NCBI GenBank assembly: GCA_026985555.1
Contig: JALSQF010000010.1
Coordinates: forward strand, 97,163-161,162
Direction of reading: 5' to 3'
Length of the DNA: 64,000 bases
Source of the DNA: Candidatus Moraniibacteriota bacterium
GTDB lineage: Bacteria; Patescibacteriota; Minisyncoccia; Moranbacterales; UBA9337
A program made the position numbers and the translations under genes. The notes under the pieces were generated by a model. It was given only the letters and a program-made list of their open reading frames with translations. It made no database searches and was not told where the DNA came from. Below are positions 17,741 to 27,024 of this stretch, one piece after another; position 1 is the first letter of the stretch, and each line of letters opens with the position of its first letter.

Positions 17741-18490
17741 TTATATGTTATTTCTAAAAACATTAGTTATTACTTCCTGAACATCATCGTTAGCTTCTAA
17801 TTCTTCTATAAAATTTACTAGCTGATTATAATCTTCTTCTTTTAAATTAACTGTTTGCTGCGGTAAAAAGGTTAGCTTTGTTTCTGTAATTTTTACTCCT
17901 TTTTTTTCCAAGGCTTCTTTTACCTTTGGCAAATCAGCAGTTTTAGTAACTATTATCAATTTATCTTTTTTATCGTTTTTTATTTCTTCTGCGCCATAGT
18001 CAATGGCTAGCAATTCTATTTCTTCAGATTCTTTTTCTTGCTCTTTTAAATTAATTAGTAAGTATCCTTTTAGTGTAAATATAAAACGTAAAGATCCTTT
18101 GGCTAATAATTTAGCCTTGTTTTTTTCCAAATAATGTCGTATTTCACTCACTGTTCTGTTGCGATTATCTGTAGCTGTTTTGATTAAAAGAGCTACTTGT
18201 TGACCATTTAAATTATAATAAGCCTCATAAATTATTTCTTCAATTTTTTCTCCATCATTTAATTCTCCGGTTCCTTTTTTTATCGCTCGTTCAATATTTT
18301 CTTTGGGCATATTAAAAGAACGCGCTTTTTCTACTGCCATTTTTAATTTAAAGTTAGTTTCTATGTCTCCTCCCCCTTCTCTAGCGCTTACCGAAATTAA
18401 ACGTCCTAACTTAGTAAAAATATTAGCTCTTTTAGCATCTTGTAGGGCTTTTTTATGACGAATAGTGCTCCATTTAGAATGTCCTGACAT
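17741..18490 (-). CDS. yebC: YebC/PmpR family protein
   Basis: MSGHSKWSTIRHKK, NMPKENIERAIKKG, TDNRNRT, DDVQEV. Confidence 0.93.
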   Translation of the reverse strand: MSGHSKWSTIRHKKALQDAKRANIFTKLGRLISVSAREGGGDIETNFKLKMAVEKARSFNMPKENIERAIKKGTGELNDGEKIEEIIYEAYYNLNGQQVALLIKTATDNRNRTVSEIRHYLEKNKAKLLAKGSLRFIFTLKGYLLINLKEQEKESEEIELLAIDYGAEEIKNDKKDKLIIVTKTADLPKVKEALEKKGVKITETKLTFLPQQTVNLKEEDYNQLVNFIEELEANDDVQEVITNVFRNNI

Positions 18491-18570
18491 AATTTTATCT
18501 TTAGTTTTTGACATTTACATTATATATCATTTAATAATGAATATCAAAAATATGTTTATTGGTTATTTTT

Positions 18571-20205
18571 TTAATTCCTTAAAAAGTATAACAAATTAAT
18601 TAAAAATTCATTCCAATAATTAATAGTTTTTATTTGAGGATTAAAATAAAACTGAGAATTTCTTTTTTCTATGAAATTATTGTTTGTTTTGTTTTGTGTA
18701 ATTAATTTGATTGAATTTTTTAAAATTTTTGAATTATTTAATTCTAAAAAATTATAATTATCATAATTACTAGGAGTTTTTATTTCTATTTTATTTTGAA
18801 TTAATTTTTTCTTTTGATTTTCTTTTGCTCTTAAACTTTCTTTTTGAAGAGTTAAACTATGCTTATTTAATGTTTTCTCTCTATCATTTTTTTGGTTGGA
18901 TAAAGAAGTATTTGTAAAAAAAGTATTTTGATAATTGTTTACAATACTTTTATTCTTTTTATTCTTTGAAGTTTCTAATAAAGTTTTCTTTTCTTTTTTC
19001 TTTTTTATCTTCCATTTCCAAGCACTTCCTTTTCTTTTAAAATAAATAGCATCATCGGGAATATTCTTTTTTCCGTTCTTATATTTATAGCGAATCTTGT
19101 AAGCTAATCCTCCGTCTGGATAACGCAATTCAATAGTAGTTTTTTTATTAGCTAAAATAAAATGAGAATATTTTCCTGTTAAATGCTTACTCTGATGAGA
19201 AGCTACTTTAAATTTTTTAAAAATAGGATGATTAATTAAGTGATTACTTTTAGAGCCAGTAGCTATACTCCAACCTTTGAGATTCAAATTTTTTTTAGAT
19301 TTATTATAAATAACGAGATATTCTTTATTTTTATCTTTTCCAGAAGGATTAGGCACAATTTTAATAATTTTTATCTTATAATGAGGAAATTTTTTAACTT
19401 TGAGATGAAAAAATTTTTTTATAATATGGCTTCCGTCAAAAATAGTTAATTTAACCTTATATTTTCCTTGAGATTCATATTTATGTGAGGTATTCAATTT
19501 ATAACTTCTGTGTCCATCTCCAAAATCCCAAATTATTTTCTTAATTCTTTTTTGAGAAAAAGGTTTGATTTTCAGTTTAAAAAAGGTGTAAATATTTAAA
19601 TAAGCCTCTTTAGGAATTGTAAACTTTAAATTTAAAGTAGAATCCTTTTTGTTTTTTTTGTTTTTTGTAGCATATTGGCTCCATTGCCAACCATTAGAAA
19701 AATAATTAAAAGAAACGTTTTCTAGCCATCTCTGAAAAGATGATTCCACACCATAATTAATTGTAGAAACTAACTTTTTTTGAGGATTAAGTAATTCTAT
19801 TTTAATTTCTCCAGAATTATAAAGATTAAACCTACCACAAATATATTTATCAAATTTTTGAGAAACAAACTCTTTCCTATTTGCGCAATGAGTATCCTTT
19901 CTTTTTAAAATTAAAAATTTTTGAGGTAAAATAATATATTTATCGCTTTCTTTAATGGTGCTTACCTTCAGTAAGGATCTTTTCTTTCCTTTATAAAAAT
20001 AATAACGAGTATATTTAATAATCCAATTGCTTAGATTTATTTTCTTGTGAGATGAATTATAAATTTCTATAAATTCATTTTCACTCTCTTTTCCAGAAGG
20101 ATTAGCTAGTATTTCATTAAATCTAACAGGATAATTTTTTTGCGCTTGTGCTTTCTGAAAAAAACTAAAAACACTTATTATTAGTAAAAAAATTTTTATT
20201 TTCAT
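18571..20205 (-). CDS. Secreted lamin-tail-domain/PKD/lamin-tail protein
   Basis: Signal peptide; NEILANPSG..EFIEIYN; WDFGDG..HKY (PKD); second IVPNPSG..EYLVIYN. Confidence 0.75.
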   Translation of the reverse strand: MKIKIFLLIISVFSFFQKAQAQKNYPVRFNEILANPSGKESENEFIEIYNSSHKKINLSNWIIKYTRYYFYKGKKRSLLKVSTIKESDKYIILPQKFLILKRKDTHCANRKEFVSQKFDKYICGRFNLYNSGEIKIELLNPQKKLVSTINYGVESSFQRWLENVSFNYFSNGWQWSQYATKNKKNKKDSTLNLKFTIPKEAYLNIYTFFKLKIKPFSQKRIKKIIWDFGDGHRSYKLNTSHKYESQGKYKVKLTIFDGSHIIKKFFHLKVKKFPHYKIKIIKIVPNPSGKDKNKEYLVIYNKSKKNLNLKGWSIATGSKSNHLINHPIFKKFKVASHQSKHLTGKYSHFILANKKTTIELRYPDGGLAYKIRYKYKNGKKNIPDDAIYFKRKGSAWKWKIKKKKEKKTLLETSKNKKNKSIVNNYQNTFFTNTSLSNQKNDREKTLNKHSLTLQKESLRAKENQKKKLIQNKIEIKTPSNYDNYNFLELNNSKILKNSIKLITQNKTNNNFIEKRNSQFYFNPQIKTINYWNEFLINLLYFLRN

Positions 20206-20211
20206 AAAAAA

Positions 20212-20499
20212 TTAATTATTTTTTACCACAATTTTTTTGACTTCTGGTTGACCTATTTTCTTATTAAGTTCTTCACAAAGAAAACTTTTTTTCATCCAAA
20301 TTTCATTTCTCCAATTGGAATTTTTTATAGCAATGTAAAGAGTTTTATTTTTGTAAAAACTGAATTTAATATTTTTAACTCCTTGTTTTCCATACTCTCT
20401 TTCTATTATTTTTTGCCATAGAAAAAAAATAGTTTTTTCATCTAAATTCTTTTTTGGTTTTATCACTTTTTTTTCTAATAGAGACTTTAAGGTTCTCAT
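20212..20499 (-). CDS. DUF721/DciA family protein
   Basis: W.KII...G...TLYI...S.W.NEI...L...LN pattern, 95 aa. Confidence 0.7.
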   Translation of the reverse strand: MRTLKSLLEKKVIKPKKNLDEKTIFFLWQKIIEREYGKQGVKNIKFSFYKNKTLYIAIKNSNWRNEIWMKKSFLCEELNKKIGQPEVKKIVVKNN

Positions 20500-20540
20500 A
20501 TAATTAGTATTTCTATATAATTAATTATACATTGATTAAG

Positions 20541-20564
20541 AAAAGCGGAGAAATTTCCCCGCTT
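20541..20564 (-). terminator. Intrinsic terminator of ORFan 20576-20944
   Basis: AAGCGGGGA-aatt-TCTCCGCTTTT on the minus strand. Confidence 0.7.
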
Positions 20565-20575
20565 AGTAAAAATAT

Positions 20576-20944
20576 TTATTTATTAATTAAAAAGTCATTA
20601 ACAAAAATTACAATACTTCCCTTAGAATTGTAAAATTCTACTCTATAACCATTTTCTTTATTGATTAACCAAATTTGGCGACGAGTAGACTCAACAGGAA
20701 TTTCCATTTCATGATAGATTATTTTTCCTCCTCCATAAAAAATAATTGATGCAGCTGTATTGTCTACCTCTAATTGAAACTTTTTTAAATGAACAATTTT
20801 TCTTTCTCCAGGTAATATTAGATATTTTTTTAAATAGTTGGCCTGGCAACATTTCTTTGAACAACCCCAAGTTAAACCTGGATCCACAACAACACCTGCT
20901 AAAACAAAAACGCTCACAATCATTGCTAGAAAGATTTTTTTCAT
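20576..20944 (-). CDS. Secreted ORFan
   Basis: Signal peptide, AAAGGAGG SD, own promoter and terminator. Confidence 0.7.
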   Translation of the reverse strand: MKKIFLAMIVSVFVLAGVVVDPGLTWGCSKKCCQANYLKKYLILPGERKIVHLKKFQLEVDNTAASIIFYGGGKIIYHEMEIPVESTRRQIWLINKENGYRVEFYNSKGSIVIFVNDFLINK

Positions 20945-21061
20945 TTTTCCCTCCTTTGTTAAGTTTATGTTTTTTAAATAACTTATATAATATGTTTATT
21001 ACTAATACGAGTATAACCTTCTTAAATTGAATAAGTCAAGAAAATAAACTATACTACAAAC

Positions 21062-23152
21062 ATGATTAATCTCAATACTTCTATAAAAAAAATACCTAGA
21101 ATTAAAGCTAATCAAATTAAAGCTTTAGAGCGTTTAAAAATTAACACTTGGTTAGATTTACTTTTTCATTTTCCTTCTCGTTACGAAGATTTCTCTCAAA
21201 TAAAAAACATTCGGGATATAGAGAAAGGAGAAAAAACATCTATTGAAGGTAAAATTATTCAAGCTCACACCCAACGCACTTGGAAAAAAAGAATGTTAAT
21301 AACAGAAACTCTTATTGAAGATAAAAATGGTGATACTATAAAAGCTATTTGGTTTAATCAGCCTTTTTTAAAAAATAGTTTACAAACCGGAAAAAATATT
21401 CGTTTAAGTGGAAAAATATATCTTAACCAAAAAAATGAATTGTATTTTTCTGCTCCTGATTGGGAATTAAGTCAACGCCGTCCCACGCACACCGCTCGTT
21501 TAGTTCCTGTTTATCCTACTACAGAAAATTTGACTTCACGTTGGATTCGTTGGCAAATTGAAACAATATTTAAAAAAGGTATTAATTTGCCAGAAATTAT
21601 TCCTTTGGAAATTATCCAAAAATTTAATTTACCAGAAAGAGGTAAAGCTTTAAAATTTATTCATTTTCCTCAAAATATAGATCAAATAAAAATTGCGCAA
21701 AAACGTTTTGCTTTTGAAGAAATATTTTTACTTCAAATTAAATCATTACAATCCCGCTTTTTTCTTTCTCAAAAAAAAGCTTCTGCTTTTATTTTAAAAA
21801 AATCTTTTTATAAAAAATTTCTTCATTCCTTATCTTTTTCACCTACACAAGCGCAAGAAAAAGCTGTGCAAGAAATTTTTAAAGATCTTTCTCAAAATGT
21901 TCCTATGAATCGTTTATTAAATGGAGATGTGGGAGCAGGAAAAACCTTAGTAGCGGCAATGGCTTCTTTGCCCGTATTAATTAACCATCATCAAGTAGCT
22001 ATAATGGCTCCGACAGAAGTTTTAGCTTATCAACATTTTCAAAGTTTTCAGAATTTTTTTCAAAAATTTCTATTTAATATAGCCTTGATTACTAATAGTT
22101 ACAAACAAGTTTATTATTATCAAGAAAAAGAAATTAGAAGTTTTTCTCAGGGCACTCGTTATCAATTATTGCAACAAATAAAAAAAGGAACTATCAATAT
22201 GATTATAGGTACTCACGCACTTTTACAAAAAGATGTTTCTTTTAAAAACCTGTCTCTTGTGATCATTGATGAACAGCATCGTTTTGGTGTTGAACAAAGA
22301 GCTTATCTGCAAAAAAAACACAGCACTTTTTCAAATGGCATTCATTTTTTAACTATGACAGCTACACCTATACCACGTACTTTAACAATGGCTTTTTTTG
22401 GCAATTTAGCGGTTTCTGTATTAGATGAATTGCCTTCAAAAAGAAGAAAAATAATTACCAAAATTGTTCCCAATGAAAATAGAAATAAAATATATCAATT
22501 TATTCGCTCAAAAATAAAAAAAGGACGTCAAGCTTTTATTATCCTTCCTTTAGTAGAAGAATCTTCTCTTTTGCAAAAAACTAAAGCAGTTATTCAGGAA
22601 CATAAACGTTTAACAGAAAAGGTTTTTCCTGATTTGAATATAGGATTATTGCACGGAAAACTCAAACCAAAAGAAAAGGAAGAAATAATGAAAAAATTTA
22701 AGGAAAATCAATACCAAATTTTAGTTTCTACTTCTGTTGTTGAAGTGGGCATAGATGTTCCTAATGCTACTATAATGATTATTGAAGATGCTCATCGTTT
22801 CGGATTATCTCAATTACATCAATTTCGTGGTCGCATAGGAAGAGGAAAATATCAATCTTATTGTTTTCTTTTTTCTCCTCAAGTCTCTTCTCGTTTAAAA
22901 ATTATGGAAAAATATAATGATGGTTTTAAAATTGCTGAAAAAGATTTAGAGCTACGTGGTCCTGGTCAATTTTTAGGACAAAAACAATCTGGCTTACCTG
23001 ATGTAGCTATGGAAGGAATTAATAATCTAAAAATGATTAGTTTAGCCCGTGAAGAAGCAGAAAAATTATTAAAAAAAGATTCTTCTTTAAAAAAATATCC
23101 TCTTTTAAAATCAGCTCTTCAAAAAATGGGAGAACAAATTCATTTAGAATAA
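21062..23152 (+). CDS. recG: ATP-dependent DNA helicase RecG
   Basis: RLLNGDVGAGKT, DEQHRFGV, TATPIPRT, QLHQFRGRIGR, DLELRGPG. Confidence 0.97.
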   Translation: MINLNTSIKKIPRIKANQIKALERLKINTWLDLLFHFPSRYEDFSQIKNIRDIEKGEKTSIEGKIIQAHTQRTWKKRMLITETLIEDKNGDTIKAIWFNQPFLKNSLQTGKNIRLSGKIYLNQKNELYFSAPDWELSQRRPTHTARLVPVYPTTENLTSRWIRWQIETIFKKGINLPEIIPLEIIQKFNLPERGKALKFIHFPQNIDQIKIAQKRFAFEEIFLLQIKSLQSRFFLSQKKASAFILKKSFYKKFLHSLSFSPTQAQEKAVQEIFKDLSQNVPMNRLLNGDVGAGKTLVAAMASLPVLINHHQVAIMAPTEVLAYQHFQSFQNFFQKFLFNIALITNSYKQVYYYQEKEIRSFSQGTRYQLLQQIKKGTINMIIGTHALLQKDVSFKNLSLVIIDEQHRFGVEQRAYLQKKHSTFSNGIHFLTMTATPIPRTLTMAFFGNLAVSVLDELPSKRRKIITKIVPNENRNKIYQFIRSKIKKGRQAFIILPLVEESSLLQKTKAVIQEHKRLTEKVFPDLNIGLLHGKLKPKEKEEIMKKFKENQYQILVSTSVVEVGIDVPNATIMIIEDAHRFGLSQLHQFRGRIGRGKYQSYCFLFSPQVSSRLKIMEKYNDGFKIAEKDLELRGPGQFLGQKQSGLPDVAMEGINNLKMISLAREEAEKLLKKDSSLKKYPLLKSALQKMGEQIHLE

Positions 23153-23161
23153 ACAGAAAAG

Positions 23162-23190
23162 TTGACCACAAAAAATTATTTTGTTATTAT
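23162..23190 (+). promoter_or_regulatory. Sigma70 promoter of tRNA-Cys
   Basis: TTGACC-N17-TATTAT. Confidence 0.6.
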
Positions 23191-23219
23191 GCAAACTAGT
23201 TATTTAAAGAAAAAACTTA

Positions 23220-23290
23220 GGTCCGATGGCCGAGTGGTTAGGCAAGGGTCTGCAAAACCCTGGACGGCGGTTCAATTCCGCCTCGGACCT
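23220..23290 (+). tRNA. tRNA-Cys(GCA)
   Basis: GGTCCGATGGCCGAGTGGTTAGGCAAGGGTCTGCAAAACCCT...GTTCAATT cloverleaf. Confidence 0.95.
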
Positions 23291-23357
23291 CTTGAAGTTT
23301 TTTAATTTAATTTGTAAAATAGTTATTGTATAATTTTTGATATTTAAATTTGATATT

Positions 23358-23441
23358 GCCGCGGTGGTGGAATTGGTAGACACGAGAGACTTAAAATCTC
23401 TTGGGATTATTCCCGTGTGGGTTCGAGTCCCACCCGTGGCA
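23358..23441 (+). tRNA. tRNA-Leu(TAA)
   Basis: GCCGCGGTGGTGGAATTGGTAGACAC..GAGACTTAAAATCTC, long variable arm, GTTCGAGT. Confidence 0.95.
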
Positions 23442-23457
23442 CACTAAAAAATTATTT

Positions 23458-25644
23458 ATGAAACTTTTAATCGTTGAATCTCCTTCAAAAACAAAAACTA
23501 TTAAAAAATATTTAGGATCAGATTATCAAGTGACTTCTTCGGTAGGACATATTCGTGATTTACCTAAAAACAATAAAAAAGCTATAGAGATAGAAAATAA
23601 TTATCGTCCTCACTACATAGTTATTGAAAACAAAAAGGATGTTATTGATAATTTAAAAAAAATATCTCAAAAAGCTAAAATTATTTATCTAGCTACTGAT
23701 CCAGATAGAGAAGGAGAAGCTATTGCTTGGCACATTGCTCAAATATTAAAAATAAAAGATAAAAAACGATTACAAAGAATTGTTTTTCATGAAATTACTC
23801 CTGAAGCAATTAAACAAGCCTTAAATCATCCTCGCTCTATTGATAAAAAATTAGTTAAGGCGCAGGAAGCGCGTAGAGTGTTAGATCGTCTTTTTGGATA
23901 TGATTTATCTGGCTTAATTTGGAAAAAAGTTCGCTATGGATTAAGTGCTGGCAGAGTTCAATCACCAGCTTTAAGAATTTTAGTAGAACGAGAAAGAGCC
24001 ATTCGCGCTTTTCGTCCAGAAAAATATTGGGTACTTACTGCTAAAGTTAAATCTTTTAAAAACAAAAGTTCACTTCCTTTTGTTTTAAGTTGCTCAAAAG
24101 AAATTAAAGATAAAAAAGAATTAAATCATATTTTAAAATTAGCCCCTCAAAAAAAATGGATAGTAGATAATATTACACATCGTCAAGTAAAGAAAAATCC
24201 CTATCCTCCTTTTACTACTTCCACTCTCCAACAAAGCGCTAGCTCTCAGTTAGGATTATCTCCTTCTCAAACTATGTTTTATGCTCAAAAACTTTATGAA
24301 GCTGGTTATATTACTTACATGCGCACGGATAGTGTTACTTTAAGTCATAAAGCTCAAAAACAAATTGGTTCTTTAATCAAAAAAGAATTTGGAGAAAAAT
24401 ATTTAGACTTAAAACAATTTAAAAATCGCTCTAAAAATGCTCAAGAAGCACACGAAGCTATTCGTCCTTCTAATTTTAATTTAAAAAATCTTGGAAAAAA
24501 TAAAACAGAAAAAAAACTTTATCAACTAATTTGGCAAAGAGCTGTAGCTTCTCAAATGTCTCCTGCTCAAATACAACAATCAAAAATTAAAGTAAACGTG
24601 GGAGAAAAAAAAGATAAAATTCCCTATTTTTTTGTTAATGGTTCTCATATAGTTTTTGATGGTTGGTTTATTTTAAATTCTTCTTTTAAAAAAATAGAGG
24701 AAAAAATTCCACCAGTAGATAAAAATGAAAAATTAAAATTATTGAAAATAAATCAAGAAGAAAAAGAAACTACTCCCCCTCCCCGTTATTCAGAGGCAGG
24801 ATTAGTAAAGGAATTAGAAAAACGTGGAATTGGACGACCTTCTACTTATGCTTCTATCATTCGCACTTTACATACCAGAGGATATACAGAAAAAGAAGGC
24901 AGATCTTTAAAACCAACAGAAATGGGAGAAATTGTCAGCACTTTTTTAGAAAAAAACTTTACTAAATATATCAGTGATTCTTTTACAGCTAAACTAGAAA
25001 ATCAATTAGATGAAATTGCGAAAGGGAAAATGAAATATACTGAAGTTTTAGATAATTTTTATCAACATTTTAATCAAGACATTAAACGAAAAGAGAAAAT
25101 ACCTAAAATTACTAATTTGGGTCCTGCTGATGCTAAATTTAAATGCCCTCTCTGTAAAGGGCCTATGATAATTAAATTAGGAAAAAATGGAAAATTTTTA
25201 AGCTGCGCTAAATTTCCAGAATGCAAAGGAATGCGCACTGTGGAGGGAAAAATAATTGAAGAACCTAAAGAAACAGGAGAAATTTGTCCTGAATGCGGAA
25301 GTCCCTTAATAGAACGTGAGGGACGTTATGGAAAATTCATTGCCTGCTCTAATTATCCTCAATGCAAATATATCAAAAAAGATCCTCAAGAAGAAAAAAA
25401 GAAGTCCACCGGTATAAAATGTCCTCTTTGCAAAAAGGGAGAATTAATTGAAAAAAATGGACGTTATGGAAAATTTTACGCTTGCTCTAATTATCCTCAG
25501 TGCAAATATACTATCAAAGCTAAGCCTACTGGAAAAAAGTGTCCTCTATGCGGATCTCTTATGATGAAAGGAACTAAAACTATTCCTGAACGTTGTTCTA
25601 ATAAAAACTGCCCTAATTATAGACCAGATAAATTAAAAAAATAA
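23458..25644 (+). CDS. topA: DNA topoisomerase I with C4 zinc-ribbon repeats
   Basis: LIVESPSK, ATDPDREGEAI, SAGRVQ, ITYMRTDS; ATG at 23458 because the track start overlaps tRNA-Leu. Confidence 0.97.
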   Translation: MKLLIVESPSKTKTIKKYLGSDYQVTSSVGHIRDLPKNNKKAIEIENNYRPHYIVIENKKDVIDNLKKISQKAKIIYLATDPDREGEAIAWHIAQILKIKDKKRLQRIVFHEITPEAIKQALNHPRSIDKKLVKAQEARRVLDRLFGYDLSGLIWKKVRYGLSAGRVQSPALRILVERERAIRAFRPEKYWVLTAKVKSFKNKSSLPFVLSCSKEIKDKKELNHILKLAPQKKWIVDNITHRQVKKNPYPPFTTSTLQQSASSQLGLSPSQTMFYAQKLYEAGYITYMRTDSVTLSHKAQKQIGSLIKKEFGEKYLDLKQFKNRSKNAQEAHEAIRPSNFNLKNLGKNKTEKKLYQLIWQRAVASQMSPAQIQQSKIKVNVGEKKDKIPYFFVNGSHIVFDGWFILNSSFKKIEEKIPPVDKNEKLKLLKINQEEKETTPPPRYSEAGLVKELEKRGIGRPSTYASIIRTLHTRGYTEKEGRSLKPTEMGEIVSTFLEKNFTKYISDSFTAKLENQLDEIAKGKMKYTEVLDNFYQHFNQDIKRKEKIPKITNLGPADAKFKCPLCKGPMIIKLGKNGKFLSCAKFPECKGMRTVEGKIIEEPKETGEICPECGSPLIEREGRYGKFIACSNYPQCKYIKKDPQEEKKKSTGIKCPLCKKGELIEKNGRYGKFYACSNYPQCKYTIKAKPTGKKCPLCGSLMMKGTKTIPERCSNKNCPNYRPDKLKK

Positions 25645-25653
25645 AAAAATAAA

Positions 25654-26082
25654 TTATTTTTGTTTCAATTTTAGTTTTGATTTTTTAATTATTGATGATT
25701 TATATTTTTGAGGGAAAAAACTTTTTAGACGAATAATTTTAGTTTTTAATAATTTAAATTCCTTTAATTTTTTTTGTAATTTATTTACAAAAAATTTTTG
25801 ATCATATCCTAAAACTATTATATCAGGCTTTTTCTCTTTGATTATTTTATATTTATCTTTCAAGTTTCCTAAAACCACTTCATCAGCTAATAAACTATTT
25901 TTAACTAAATTAAATCTTTCTTTCTCATCGTTCCAAGGTTTTTCTTTTTTTAGTTTTTTTACCGTTTTATCCCGCGCAATTACTACAATTAAATAATCAC
26001 CTTGTTTTTTTGCTTCTTTTAAAAAATAACTATGTCCTCTATGGAAAACATCAAAAGTTCCAAAAACTATTATTTTTTTCAT
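25654..26082 (-). CDS. Cytidylyltransferase-family protein (RibL-like FAD synthase)
   Basis: FGTFDVFHRGH, VIARD, PDIIVLGYDQ, KSSII. Confidence 0.75.
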   Translation of the reverse strand: MKKIIVFGTFDVFHRGHSYFLKEAKKQGDYLIVVIARDKTVKKLKKEKPWNDEKERFNLVKNSLLADEVVLGNLKDKYKIIKEKKPDIIVLGYDQKFFVNKLQKKLKEFKLLKTKIIRLKSFFPQKYKSSIIKKSKLKLKQK

Positions 26083-26100
26083 CTTCAATATGTTTAATAA

Positions 26101-26598
26101 TTATTCGTCTTGGGAAAACCATCCTACTAAAGCTCCATTAATAAAAGAGGAAAGAAAAATAAAAAAGGTTAAAAAGAAAGCATAAGATATACCAAAATAA
26201 TAAATTAAAATCGGTAAAAAAGGTATTTTAACATTGCGAGTATAAAGAAAAACTGCAATTAAGCTATTTTTTGCCCCTGATTTTTTCAATTCTTTCAATA
26301 AAGGAAAAAGTAAATAAGCGGGACCAGAGATAATTACTCCGGCCATTGAGGCATATGCCCAACCTTTCCAACCAGATTTTTTCCCTAGATGTTTTTCTAC
26401 TTTTCCTGATGTAATATATAAATTAGTTAATGTCATAAAAATTAAAACTAATCCTAATAAAGGAATTATTCTATAAAGCATTTGCCATGTTTTTCCAATA
26501 CTTTTTTTAATTAGTTCAGGATACCAAAAACTCAAAAAAATATACAATAATACTACACCTAAAAGAAAAAGGTTACGTTTAAAATTATTTTTTTTCAT
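26101..26598 (-). CDS. Permease half (DUF318/ArsP-like)
   Basis: Several TMs; LG..SG.KG and SGP.Y..FPL motifs. Confidence 0.7.
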   Translation of the reverse strand: MKKNNFKRNLFLLGVVLLYIFLSFWYPELIKKSIGKTWQMLYRIIPLLGLVLIFMTLTNLYITSGKVEKHLGKKSGWKGWAYASMAGVIISGPAYLLFPLLKELKKSGAKNSLIAVFLYTRNVKIPFLPILIYYFGISYAFFLTFFIFLSSFINGALVGWFSQDE

Positions 26599-26601
26599 AA
26601 T

Positions 26602-27024
26602 TTATTTTAAAAAATTAACCAAATAAACTGTTACAATGGAAATAATTATTGCTAGGATAAAATTAATTATATTGCGCACAATAGCAAAACGTTTACCCAA
26701 ATTAACTATTTCCCAAGGAAGCATTACAATCCCTACTGTGCTCCAAGTCATTATAAAAGCAGTAATAGCTAATAAACTTATACCTTCTTTTTGTAACTCT
26801 CCTCCAATAATATAACTAGTTAAAGGAATTCCAAAGGAAAAACTGCCAAATAAAGCTCCTATAATTGTATCTTTAAAGTAGTTTCCTGTAAAAAGTTGTT
26901 CATATTTACCACTCCAAAAAACTTCTACTAAATTTAATAAAAGTAATGTTGCCACTAAAATTGGTAGTGATTCCTTATAACTTTGCAACGATTTTTTAAA
27001 AGCAATTTTTATTTTTTTTCTCAT
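26602..27024 (-). CDS. Permease half (DUF318/ArsP-like)
   Basis: G.P.TSYIIGGEL, LP.E...LGKRFA..RN; ATGA overlap with the upstream stop. Confidence 0.7.
   Translation of the reverse strand: MRKKIKIAFKKSLQSYKESLPILVATLLLLNLVEVFWSGKYEQLFTGNYFKDTIIGALFGSFSFGIPLTSYIIGGELQKEGISLLAITAFIMTWSTVGIVMLPWEIVNLGKRFAIVRNIINFILAIIISIVTVYLVNFLK

Noticed and set aside
23401-23457. N-terminal extension of topA in the ORF track
   Set aside because: It overlaps tRNA-Leu; the real start is the ATG at 23458.
25321-25510. Roughly 50-bp direct repeat in topA as a possible DGR template/variable repeat pair
   Set aside because: Both copies encode ordinary C4 zinc-ribbon repeats, the differences are not adenine-specific, and no reverse transcriptase is nearby.
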